A DNA stretch of 51,015 nt, the filler included, from Sphacelaria rigidula (taxonomy: Eukaryota), in assembly GCA_964200075.2 (NCBI GenBank). It is 3 parts of 3 records of this genome, joined end to end, with 100 filler letters (N's around TTAATTAATTAA, not from the genome) between each part and the next. Parts side by side here need not be neighbours in the genome. Positions count along the whole stretch, not along the records: positions 1 to 16,940 come from CAXNAA020001210.1; 2 more parts are not named here. One strand, given 5' to 3'. Below are positions 1-12,800 of the stretch, in pieces. The first letter of the stretch is position 1, and every line of letters begins with the position of its first letter. The notes under the pieces are model-generated. The model ran no database searches. It was not told the origin of the DNA and saw only the letters and a list, made by a program, of their open reading frames with translations. A program made the position numbers and the translations under genes.

Positions 1-125
1 GATTTGGGGTCTACCAAGGCCTCACTTTGTTCAGAGAATGTATGTACCGCCCTTGCCCGAGGGTTCTTGGTGTGCGTTGGGTTGGACCAACCCAACTAGC
101 CTCCTAGCCCTCCAGCGTATCGCAA
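1..125 (+). repeat. Dispersed repeat, copy 1 (truncated at the contig start)
   Basis: gatttggggtctaccaaggcc...tatgtaccgcccttgcc.gagggttct...aactagcctc aligns by eye to 5054-5235. Confidence 0.75.
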
Positions 126-376
126 GCATGAACGAAAAGCTACGCAGTGGCGCAGTGGCATCCAGCATATATGGAACAACGACGGAAGTAACGGTAGGGT
201 TCTGTATATGAATTTTGGATCCATGTCGTTCTCTTCCGATGGCGCTAGGCATATTTTACCCGACGAGCCTGAATAAGCCTCAAAAGTCGATCTGTTCGTG
301 TCTTTCGTGCTTTTGGTCGGTGACACTTTTTTTGCCCAGTTTGGGGGGTCAGGCGCGCCCATAACAGTGGTGTCCC

Positions 377-532
377 CACCTCGAGACGGATTTTTTCAAG
401 GCGGGCCCCTACGTTGAGGGTGTGGAAATCGGCATGTACCATTACTCTTTCAGTAGATGGATCCCAATCCACCTTGAGGCCGAGCCGCAGTTGAAGGCAT
501 CCAGTTTTTGTTTGCACTACTTTTACACCGCC
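377..532 (+). repeat. Diverged repeat fragment, inverted relative to 2784-2938
   Basis: ttgcactacttttacaccgcc (512-532) is nearly the reverse complement of ggcggtgtagaagtagtgcaa (2784-2804). Similarity extends to cacctcgag versus ctcaaggtg. Confidence 0.65.
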
Positions 533-883
533 TACAATTACGGGCGCCACTATAGTGGAATACAAACAAGCACACATTCGGAGATACATACCACAGGAAA
601 CATCTCCCAGAGTCGTCCAAAACTCCCACCCAAATATTATCAACTCTTGGAAGGCCAATTCCTCACACTAGTTTATTTATTATCTCGACAGCGAAAATGG
701 AAGAGGGGAGTTGAGGGATACTATAGCACAGTAGAATATATTATTCTCTATACTTCTTCAGGGCCTCAACGTGAGGTGACTAAAAATCTGCGCCGGGGAA
801 GCTTGATCCAAACTCTAAAAACTCGAGGCCGGATTCTTACCCATTATCCCACTTCTCTAAAACCGGGGGGAGGGGGGACGAAC

Positions 884-3800
884 CTTGGCGGTGCTGAACA
901 TCACGCCCCTGACCCGAGTAAACAGACTCTCCGCCTCAGCTGGCGACGACTCATCCTGCTTGGCCGACTGCGGTTGCTGCGGTTGCTGCAGCTGCTCCTG
1001 CTTCTGCTGGTGCGGTTGATCCCTTGTCTTTTCCTTCAGTCTCTTCCTTTTGATCGCCACGGAATGCCTCAGCGCCTGAGTTAAAGTATCACATACGTAA
1101 AAGGCATACTCCAGTATCCAATCGTCACCTCATCGACGTGAGAATAAGCAACTTGCACACGAGCCACATCTCGGTGCTGTCACACGTGAAGCACGAAAAT
1201 CCCAAACGCTGTATAATGACCATGGAATATACAGTCAAAAAGTGTACTGCGTACAGTATCGACTATTGCGCCTTTTGCAACGGACAATAGATTCTATACT
1301 GTACGCAGTGCATCTTTTGACAACAGAATCCCCTGTCCAGGGTGTGGAAAACTCACGAATCAACCGTAGATTGCCACGATCGGAAAAGGAAGATAAACGA
1401 CACCTGCGTTAGCAGCTACATGAGTACAAGTAAGCGTTGGCAAAATAGGAAAAAAATACAGAATTTGACGAGCTGCTGCAATTTTGATCCAGTGATCTTC
1501 ATCTATAGTACAGAACGAGGTGAGAAGAGGGGAAGAAATGAGTGGATCAATCCCCTGACACTACGAACTCCTTCTGAGGAAGATTTTGGGGAGTCAAAAG
1601 TACGGGAAGTAAAAATAGAAGGGCAATGAGTAATGTCATCATCCAACACGAAGTCCTTCCCGGGATTTCCACCCCATTCAATCTAGTACAAGCAGCACGA
1701 AATTGGTTCACATACCAATAACTGCCACTACGAGTAGCAGAGTACGAAATATTGCAGTCAATCATTGCCTCGTCGATTGATTGGGATGATATGCGCGAAT
1801 TGCACGAAAGTCATGATTCTATGCCACGGTCGATCATGACTGCCTCTAGTGCTGTGGCTTTCATGGGAGCATGAGGTCGATTCCAGTTCGCTCATCAGTA
1901 AACAATGACCGCCTCATTGCCCATTACGACACATAAATACATCATGATCCAATATCTCCATTAGTACAGTAGCGATGCGCAAGCAACACACGCATACGCG
2001 TTGGTTAGAGTAAGCGGCGCATGACACAAAACGCGCATTGACAAAAAAAATGATGGATCATGGCAGACGGCGGGAAAAAAATAAAACTCCACGTTAGTTT
2101 TGCAAACGGACGTTCGTACGTATCCCATGACACAGTACATGCGCGTGCAATATCACGTGAACGGCATTACGTGGTCCAGGCGGGCATTTCTTCTGAAGTC
2201 CAAACATACAGAAATCATACAAACTGATCTTACCTTGACCTCTAGCTCTAGCGGTATCTCCTGCACCGGATGCACGGTAGTCATTTTCCATTTACATTGC
2301 CCGCGCCACGGAAAAACAGTCAGCGAGAGAAAACAGCGAGCGGTGAAGAAGCGAAGAAATACTTTAGGTAGGCTCTGTCGAGTCGATGGTATTTCTCGAT
2401 GTCATGATGCAGGAAACACGACGTTACACACGGCAATTTCAGGCAAAAAACATCTCCATCTTGTACCAGAACCCACCTGACATGAATCATTAAACAAGGC
2501 GTAACCGTGATTAATGGATGAAGTGAAGAGTAATTTTCATTGGTAATACGTTACCAATAGCTAAGGACCGCGACCACTTGACCTTTAATGCAACAAAATC
2601 TGAACACACCAAAACTCGAACATATTCCTGACATTTACATCATTGTACATATCCATCATAGGACATGACCCGAGGTGACAAGATCCCGGGCACCGATTTT
2701 CTCTAGAGAAAGGGTCCCGCACCACCGCAGGTTTCTTGTTTGCCGAAGGATCTCAACGACACACAGTGGGGTCTTCACGTATTGGCGGTGTAGAAGTAGT
2801 GCAAGCTAAAACAAATCGCGTTCAACAGGAACCCAGCGTCAACGTGGATTGGGCTTCATCCACCGGATGAGTAATGGTGCAAGCCAATTTGCACCATCGT
2901 AAATGGGACTCGGCCTTGCAGGAACACGCCTCAAGGTGCTGACAACTTTGTATTTACAAGAAACAGATTTTGTAACCTCGACCTCGGGAGATTCCAAGAG
3001 AAAACAAGGCAGGCTGCCTGTTCACCCGGAATGATTCACTGTGCAGTCAACTGTAAATTCAAGATATCTCGCCTGTTCATAGGACAAAACGAGTCATGAT
3101 AATCCAGATTTCACAGGTGACGGTCTTGAAGAGCCCTGAACAGTACGACCGGTCCGGTACAGGTCAAAATATGGTACTTACTTGTGCAATGTATTGATTA
3201 TTCACGTTTTCCCGACATGTATCATATACCTCGTTCTGTTTGATGTTGTTGATCTGGTCCTTCTCGGCTTTGATCTGCTTCTCCCATGAGCGTACGGAGC
3301 TCTCGTGCTCGGCGTTTTTGGCGGCCTTGGATTGCCTCTCGCAGGTCTTGGCAGATTCCTGGAGTGGGAAATGACGACATCCATTCATTACTAGAAGACA
3401 ATACAGTTTTTCAGCATATGCAAAAGTGCCAATTTCAGCGGTGGAAGATGGCAGTCGACACTCGGGATCGTCACTGTAGGACTAGCCATCACCGCGTGAC
3501 AAGTTGGGCTCCACATCGCCCTCCGCCTTACAACCATCAATTGTTGTGTTAGGTGTCAAACACGAATATGACGTCAAGTATGAGAAGCCATCAGTGTTGA
3601 AGGTGGGGGTGACAGCCTAGTGGGTCATGTATGTCAACCACCACGACGGGGTTGTGCCTCCATTTTGGCGTGTGAAGGCTGGAGGGGACATGGGTAAGAG
3701 CGATGACGGGTGCAGCTCACCAGAGCTGCACCCCTCGTCGGAGTCGTTAATTTCTATTTCATCGCAATTGCCCTCTTATTCAGACCCGCGGTCGATATAT

Positions 3801-6800
3801 ACAAGATTCGGTGGCAACCACACACACAAAAACCAATCCTCTGGTGTGGGGTACAAAGCTGCAGTGGCGAATTGCACGTGTCCTCCCACGCTCAAAGAAA
3901 CACACTATCGACCAAGGGCAGCCCGTAATTCGTTTTTTTCAGGGACCATACCTCTAAAATCTCCAGATCGGCAGAACAGGGGAAAGGAGGGGGGAGCTGT
4001 GTTGCGCATATTGTTATTTTTCACACCCTGGATACTATATTTCACCATAAAGAAGTGTATTGTATACAGAATGGAACCTATCATTTATTGCAATAGATAG
4101 ACGTAATAACCCATACTGTACGCAGTACACTTCTTGACAGGGTAATCTATCGTCCAGGGTGTGTTATTTTCCATCATATCGCAGTTGTACCAACTTACTA
4201 TACAAAAAACGAAAACTAATGATGCCTGGATGCTGCCCGGGGCTGTGGAAATTTCATGCAAGTATTTGACTTGGACACAACCGCTATAACTTGTTTTCTA
4301 GAGGACGCAGTTATACAAATAATCTACAACTATGATCCAGTATTCTCAATGACCGCGTGCTTCATCGAGTTTGTTGACTCCGCCGCGATTCCATTTTCGG
4401 GGAGGGGCTGGTGGTGAAATATTTGATACCGAATGACACCTGACACTATTTCCAGATAGCAACGGGACTCCGATCTGAAAGCTGCCGCGGTCACCAACAC
4501 GAAAAATTACGATGTTCTCGCCAGAAGAGTTAACCGGCGTTAGGCTACAAATGTTGATGGTTGACACATTACTTGATTTGAATGTGTGCAACGAGTGCAT
4601 AGCCGGTCGCCCCGGTGGCTCAGGCGGTAAACCTCGAAACCTTGTGACGGCTGGGTCGTGGGTTCAATTCTCGGAGCGCTCTGGAATTTGTTCTCACACA
4701 GTGCCGAACAATGGAGAGCGACTTTGTCGTGGGTAAACAAAATACGACTGAACGGTCGACGAGGTAAAGGGACCGCTGAACTCCTCTCGCGATGAAAAAT
4801 AAAGGCATGCACCGCACAAGAAAGGTAGGGTACTAAAAAAAAAAAACTGCTGTGTTGTCCTTTTTCCTGTGTGACCCCGTTTGGTGCGTCCACATATACC
4901 GAAAAAGGTAGGCCGGCGTTCAGAATAGATAGGACAAAAACACACGACAACAACACGTCACAACGATAATCGGATCTTTAGTAGGAGTGACAGTCCCGTG
5001 TGCTCCTCGCGTGCGCAAAACGCGTTTTCGTTGAAATCAGCGCCACAGGCACCGATTTGGGGTCTACCAAGGCCGCACTTCGCCTAGGGAATGCTATGTA
5101 CCGCCCTTGCCTGAGGGTTCTCGGTATGCGTCGGGTTGTGGTTAGGGTTAGGGTTAGAGGTAGCGATACTTGTAAAATGTGTCAACCATGGACATTTGTA
5201 GCCCAACGCCGGTTAACTAGCCTCGTTCTCGCCAAGCACACAATCGATCACACTCCCAAGCTGATACCCTAGAGAGGGACACATGGCTGCGGTTGGGGGT
5301 TGCTCGTCTAAGTAGACACAAACTCTCCATACAAGCCGTGCAGCCGTGTATCACGAACAGATCGAACAGCACATGCGTTTGTCCGCCAGATCGTTCAACG
5401 AGCTCATCTAGGTCGACAATGAAGAAGCAAACTTGACATTGGCGGAGAATACACTACACAGAGACAGTAATGTATATACTTCCCAAGGGTGTATTGGGTG
5501 GGGTAATTTCCCGGTTATTTACTCTCCCGAAATACGTGCGATGGTCTGATTGCCAAACTTTACCCGAATATTAGGTCATCTTAGTATCGCATTACTCTGC
5601 CAAATATCTGGGAATTGATGAGTACGATCTCAATACCCACGTTTTGGGTGCTCGGAGTACAATATTTCAAAATAGGAAAAAATAGGGAAACCCTACTCAG
5701 CCCACCCTTGCTATTTTCCATCATCTCATTAACGCCTGCAACACACCCTCCCGTTGCGAACTCTGTTACTCTTGCCGAAACATCTCGCCCGTAGCAAAAC
5801 GTGTAACACGGTGACACAACACATGTTCTGCAGGGGAACAATGACCTACTGTACTCACAATGATGTACAAATACGCTCGTTCCACACTAAGTCATACTCC
5901 ACACCTCTAAGGCATCTTCTCGGAAGTGCCGCTTGGCCACAAGATCGCTTAAGTTGGCCTCGAGCGCCTCCAACGTCTTGACGGCCGCAGACAGCTTTTC
6001 CCACTCTTCCTTCGCCGCCCCGCCCCCACCCCCAACCGCACTTCCAGCCGCCGAACCTAGTCTACTGTCACGCCCACCCCCCAACTTCGCCTGGCCATTT
6101 TCCAGCATCTCCCTGGCGAGCTTCTCACGACCCCTCCTCTCCTTGGCCTCCTGTGCCGAGGCAGTGTCCAGAGGGCACTGCGGCAGCCTCGGGCGCAGAC
6201 AGAGGACTAGCGCACTGCTGGATGCGAGTCTCAGCTCTGAGATGGGTTGCGACACAAACAGGCCTCCGGCCTGTGCACGGGTGTGGTAGATGAGAACAGT
6301 AATATACAGCAAGTAGGGAAGGGGGGAGCTCATGCACTTCTTGCTTTTTCAAACACATCTCATGCACACACGCACCCCCCACCCCCCCGATCGCTATGAA
6401 TAAGCAAGACACAACCCACCGTTGTGTCGCTCCCATCTCTACCGCGGATAATCCTCCCTGGTAGCCTGTCTTTCTTGAGATCCCGCACCAGCATCGCCTC
6501 CTCCAGATCGCGGAACGCGGGCATCCCCTCAGGTAGCGGAATTTCATCATCCGAGTCCGCGAACTCCACCTGAACCTCATGCGCCCTTTCCAAGACCACG
6601 TCCCCCCCACCCCGTTCCCCCGCCCTCTCTGCCGACACGCACTCTTTCACACGCAAGCCCTTTCGGGCACCGTTGCAAGTAACCTCATGAGATGGCGCAA
6701 CGGAAGCGCTGGTACCTTCAGCGAGAGAGGAGGGGGGATGTCCATTGATTGTGGGAAATGACACCGGATCTGAAGGGGTGTTGTCGGGCGAAGGTGAAGG

Positions 6801-9800
6801 GAGCCCATCGGTTTTGGGGTTGTCGGTTGTCCCGGTGGAGGAGGAGGTCGAGGCGGCGGCAGCGGCTGCCAGGGCGGCTGCTCTGCGCTTCTTGCGGGGT
6901 TTGTTGCCGCTCTTGATTTTGATGCTCTTTCGGATTTTCTCGATTTCGTCTTCTTGCATCACGTCGTCGTCGTCTTCATTAATTACGTACGTACAAGAGA
7001 GAGAGAGAGAGATACGGCGAGTGTATATGTGGGTAAGTTTGGATAGTAGCATCTTAGCCAAGGAATGAACAAGCACGCGAGATATAGCTTTGGCACATGT
7101 TACACTGGTCAACAACACTTCATGTACGGTGTGCTACACCAACCAAAAGAGAAGGGGGAAAATAATTACACCGCACTTGAGAACAAACCTTTGCACGACA
7201 ACCTTGACCGTATTTCTTGGTTGACGGAATTCGACTAGTTACACTCGACGTGAAAACATATCCAGTGTCCACGCTCCACAACGTTTCGCCTAAAAAAACC
7301 AAAGGCGTCTCACCAAAAAGAGCATGCAGTATACGCACATATGCATGTACAACCCCGAGTACCTCACACAAACCCCCACCAAAATAATCATTCTCACCCG
7401 CGGTCGGTCCAAGTGCCTTGACATTCTCAGCTTGGGCAGCTCGGGCAGCTTGGGCAGCGGCCTCCGTAGCGCGGACAGCGTCCAAGGTCACCTGCTGTGT
7501 CGCCTTCCGCAGCGCCTCTTCGAGGAGTTTGCGGAGAATGGCTCGTAGCTCCGTGAGGGACTTCCGCTCGTCTAGGTATATCCGGCCCAGATTTCGTAGA
7601 CACATCCTGCGCTTCACCATCAGTACCTGTAGCGGAACATGGCGTGTTCGGTACGTTTCGGTTGCGCGTCTATACGTGTGGTGTGTCGGGAGTAACGCAA
7701 CGTGGTATGTTAACGCCGTCTTCCATGCATTGCGTTTCGAATCTCCCAGGGAATTTCATGTCGCGTCGTGCGTGGGATGGCCGAGTTTGGTTTCGACTCA
7801 ACCAGGAGTTTCGTGATATGAGTAAACTTGCGCGTCTCGTGCGTTCCTTCTGTGCAGCGTTCAGTACCGCGCAGGTAACTCGTTTGTCCCATGCAACGAC
7901 GGGTATAGCTATGGAGATATCTCCCAACATCCCACGATAATGATGCCCCACCGCCGACCTGGGCGCCCAAGGATTTTCAACCCTTTGGGCGCGAGGCTTC
8001 TTTTCGGAACAATACAGACAACTAGCCCCTCTCTGATAGCGAGCACCCCCCTCAACGACAGTATATCGCGTCTTCCGCAGTTTCCAACCCCTCAGCACTG
8101 TCGGAACTGTTGCCTTTCATCCAAGTATTTGTCGCGTACGGCATCGCCATGTAGCGTATAATGGGGTTCACGCCGTCGTCCAGTGGGTCATCAACCCGAC
8201 ATGACCGCACTCAAGTGGGACCTTGCAATTTAATGATCAATTAACTCATCAATTGTTGCGAATGAAGTGTTCCGCCACAAAGCCAGCCTTGGCAGTTACA
8301 CCAACGACTCACCTAAGGTGAATGAATATACGGACACACTAGCCGTCGTGTCTACGTGAGGTAATGTAGTGGTCAAGTAATATAATGGTAAAAAAACGCA
8401 GGTTCGATCCCCGCCAGGTAGGGCTATTCTAGTTTGGCTTTTTCGCTGACAAGCATCAGTATCTGATTTCTGCCGTTGAAATCGTGACAACGGGACGAAC
8501 AAAAATAGCATACTCGATTTGATTTTTTACACGACAGTCGACGCCGTGCGGGGGCTGCTGATCCAACCCGCTCTGACCCGCTTTATCAACATGAAAACCT
8601 TGTGCCGAGGGGGACATGAGTTGATCGCTTGAGACCACGGTCGCGCCCGAGAAAGGGCAGGGGTGAGAAAAGCTCACCAAAGACATGTCAAAGAAAGGGG
8701 ATAATACACATGTGTAGATTTATGTAGACAAAAGAGAAAACCGACACAGACGCCAGGCGAAGGCTTAGTGCCGGTTGCGATAAATCTCTGTCAGGGTAAT
8801 GAAACAAGCAAGGACGGGGAAACAGCTTGCAAGGTAATCGTCTCAAGATTGCACTATCTCGCAGGAGCTCTCAGCCTCCAACTCTGAAGGAAGGAGACAC
8901 GAACACTACCACGGTAAGCTCAGAATTGCCTCTTCCCTCCGGACGAGTCCGCAGTCTCAATTGAAGGGGCCAACCCATTTTTCTCCCGGCCCCTACGGGA
9001 CATTTTGGTTCCGCAGATTGCATCACCACTCCCAGATTGGGTCGAGAGCGATCGAATTCATTTCTGTTACTCACGTTCGCACGATTTCAATGGCGGAATC
9101 CAGATTCTGCTCACAAGAGCCAGACCTGTTGGGATTCGTACCCGCGACTCTACCCGGTACCATGTACCATTTCAATTTACATCACCGGAGCGCGGTGGCA
9201 ACTACTTCGAAAATATCAGAGCGGGCCGGAGACAAGCGATTTCAACCGAATTCCGGCGGGGGGCATCGTACGTTACGGGACCTATTTATGACGGGACCCT
9301 CAACATATTCAAATGTTCTGCAAAAACACATTACACAGTATTGCTGCGATGTATTCCCGTGGGTTTACACCAAGGTACAATAGCTAGTGGTGCAATTTAC
9401 GACACGCGGACCTCGTGGCACACTGTCGAACTGTCGGCCACGCAGAAAAATCGAAAATCTTTGGACGCCCGAGCGTAGAAGTCAACAACGTGGACATAAA
9501 ACTGCTTCTTTTCAGGGTTTGCCCTTGTACAAATATCATATCGAATACCTATTACGGGATAGGGGGTAGGTGCGACAGTAGTGATGTGAACCAGGGTCAT
9601 GGTCCAATACGACAGTTTCGTGAGGGAGGGGCGAGAGGTTGATGAAGTCATGGTGGAGTATGACTTCTCATAGAAGCTACACGCGTGTAGGTGCAAATTC
9701 TGGAAATAAGTACCAAAGCTGAGTCTTTCACTTGAATTAAACAGAAAAAGTGCAAGGAAAGAGGTTATTATACATGAAAAAAAAGAAAAGCTGTACAGAT

Positions 9801-12800
9801 AAACATATCGATTACATGCCCTACCAAACCAAGCCTCTGTCAGAAGTGTTCCGCCTATGCTCATGCCTTTCTGGTTCCTATTATCGGTGAGGGTTTCTGT
9901 CTCAGCGGTGACCTCGTGTTCCCTTCTCGGGGAGACTTGATCATTTGTCGGCCCCTCGAATACCATGTTTGTGACATCCCTGATCATGAGCATACGTGAC
10001 CCCGTCAATCCCGGCGTGATTGTGTTTTTGCGCAGCTGCACAGATTTCGCGCCTGCAGGCAGGCACAATGATACAAGAAAAGGCGACGCGCTGCTTGCAA
10101 ACAAGCTGATCCGCTGCTCTACAAAAAAATGTACACAGCGATTGCCAACAAAAGGAGACGGCTCGAGTTCTCGAGACTACATGCACTAGTCCACATGAGG
10201 AGCCGACGAGGGGTTCATGATAGAGGTATCTCAAGCTCGGCTCTAGGTATCCTCGTTTATTCGCTGGCTCTGAGTTGTGTACTATTCTTTCAAGAGAAAG
10301 TGATCGCGATTCATGGGAGGACCTGACCTGGCGATGAAAGGGTCTCATCATCTGATCAATCGCCATCACTTTCACTTGAAAAAATAAAACAAAACAAACC
10401 ACGATACCGGGAGCCGAGTTTGAGATACCTCTAATATGAAGCAATATCGACTCGACTCCTGGGGAAGATACATCCACTGCAAACTAGCAACCCCTCCCCC
10501 CCCCATAAAACTCGCTCATTTCTTCATTTCACCCAACCCCCTCGGCCCTCTCCGCTGCCCAAGCCCACCCTACCTTTTGAGGGTTGGCCTTCTCTCGCTC
10601 TAACTCCTGCAGCATTTTCTCCTCCTCATCGTTGGGCCATACAGCATCAGGCGACAATCCAGTGGGCACAAACGCCCCCTCCTTCCTGCCGCGCCTAGCT
10701 TCCCTGCCGCTTCCTCCTCCCACCCCAGAACGTTCCAGAAGCCACGAGCCCCGACCCAAACCTCCACCCGACAACAGGTCATGATCCAGAGCCGCCGAGG
10801 TATCGCTGCTGGTTCCTGGGCTACCTGGGCAGTCGTCTGTCGGGGACTTAGCGCGCTTCGGCCGAGCAGCGCGCTCTTTGCCGACTTCTTCGTTGGTAGC
10901 GGCGGCGGCAAACCCGACGAAATGTGGAGCGTACGCTTGGACGACGATCTCCAGCTCGCGTGGTCGAGGCACTCTCCCCTGTTCTTGTTGAAGTGGAGAG
11001 TCAAGAGTGAGCTTGGCAACAGGGGTGGTGGTGGTGGTGGTGTGTGTGTGTGTGTGTGTGTGTGTTTACACGTGTTGGGCGCGTCGATCGCGTTTACAGG
11101 GTCACGATCATCTACTTGAAAATGAAAAAAGCCAAACTGTTTGAATTGGATCGTACACTACGAGTACAAGCGTCAGACATACAGACATACCGCCTACAAG
11201 AACTAAAAGCGCAGCTCTGGCCCAGTGGAAACAAATCACCACGATGGCCATCACCGCCATAGAAAGGAAAACAAGTTGAAAAACTTGTTCATGATTCCAC
11301 ACCATTTTTCACACCCTCCATGGATGCTAAATGAGTCCAGCCTCGCTCACGTACAGTACCTCGGTGCAGACTAAAAAAAAAAACTTCTCTTTTACACATT
11401 AACGGATATTAGAGATTAATTGAACCCTCCAGAGTACGGACTCGTCTAGACAAGAAGAAGGGCTGGAGTGGAATATGACGAAATATGGAGCACGAGTGAA
11501 CGATATTTGATACAAAATGTAGAACCTCGTTTGCTTTGCTCAGAGATGATTACTGTACCCGATCCCACTACTGTACACACGCACCTCCTCGAGGCGAATC
11601 TCGTCCGCTTGCAAGATGCCCGACTCTTCCACGAGTCTATCACACAGGGCGAACCCTTCTTCCTTCTGCTTCGCTTCGTCGCCCCTGGACCTGGCAACGG
11701 CTTCTTCTGCTTCTTCCGTGACACCAGCAGGGTCAGTGGTCGCCTTGCTCGCCTCGGGCGTCTCGTCCTGTGCCATCGTGGTGTTTTCCAACATCATCGT
11801 AGAGCGTCCAACAACGAAAAAATATATTAGATCGATCACGCCAAAAAGGCACTAATTACACTTTTATTTTTCGTTTGGGATTACCTTTTGAGCCACATTT
11901 GAATCGTGTCGTCTTAACACTACGTTTTCGTTTGTTGTGTAGGTATATCATATACAACGCAGGAGACAACGACAATAACGACGATAACGAAACGGCGAGT
12001 TTCTTGCCAAGTACCACAACATACGGCATACGGCATACGGCATACGATTACGTCTGCGCGAATTTGATTCCAGTTTCTTCCATGCGTATGTGGTGTTTGT
12101 ATATATGTTCACGTATGTGTGCCCAGGTGTCGCTGTCTACGGCACTGAAGCTGCCATGGTTTGGTCTCCAAGCCTACTCGGATTCATGTGGCGCGTCATT
12201 CCACCGCTTGAGTCCAGTGTGCCGCTGTGCCGTCGACAAGCGCTCTCTTTTCTTTTGTACTTGGTGCCGCGTGCTCTCCACCTCTGTTGGACAAAAAAAC
12301 CAAAAAAACACCACGCCCACACACCCAGTAGCAGTACTACCAGCATCAACCGACGACTACATGCTGCCCGAAGGTACTACAGCACAGTAAATACTAAATA
12401 CTGCGCCCCGGTAGTGTAATGGTAATGGCCCGACTGTCGCCATTAGGGTGGAGATAACGAGGGTTCGATTCCCGATGCATTGGTTTTTTTTTTCATAGTA
12501 TCTGATTTCCACTGACTGTGGAAAGCGTGAGAACGTGAGTGAACAAGGTACTTGACCGAGTTCGTTTGACGTGAGTTGACGCGGTGCGGGAGTGCTGATG
12601 GTCATGATCCAATCCACGAGACCAAAATGCAAGGCACGTACCGGGGAGAGATGGGTAGATCCCTTGAGACCACGGACTCATCCCGAGGAAGGGGAGGAGT
12701 TCAAAGTGGGACAAACTGTATATAAATAGACCTAGAGAAGCATATATTGTCGAATGATGCTATGCGATGGTCCTTCGGGAACAGTTTTTTCACTACGATT

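Noticed and set aside
422-1084. 220-aa plus-strand ORF with a Leu-rich tail
   Set aside because: It is a repeat relic fused to the antisense shadow of the Gln-rich exon 1075-884.
5142-5157. True telomere
   Set aside because: Fewer than three units, intronic, and embedded in a dispersed repeat.
9397-10477. Minus-strand ORFs 9397-10104 and 9941-10477 as extra exons
   Set aside because: Exon 10978-10574 joins 7626-7398 directly in phase. The candidate exons gave phase conflicts or stops. Alternative splicing is not excluded.
12405-12480. Possible tRNA genes here and at 8360-8420
   Set aside because: I could not fold an acceptor stem or cloverleaf, and shared homology continues about 250 bp downstream, so both were treated as SINE heads.
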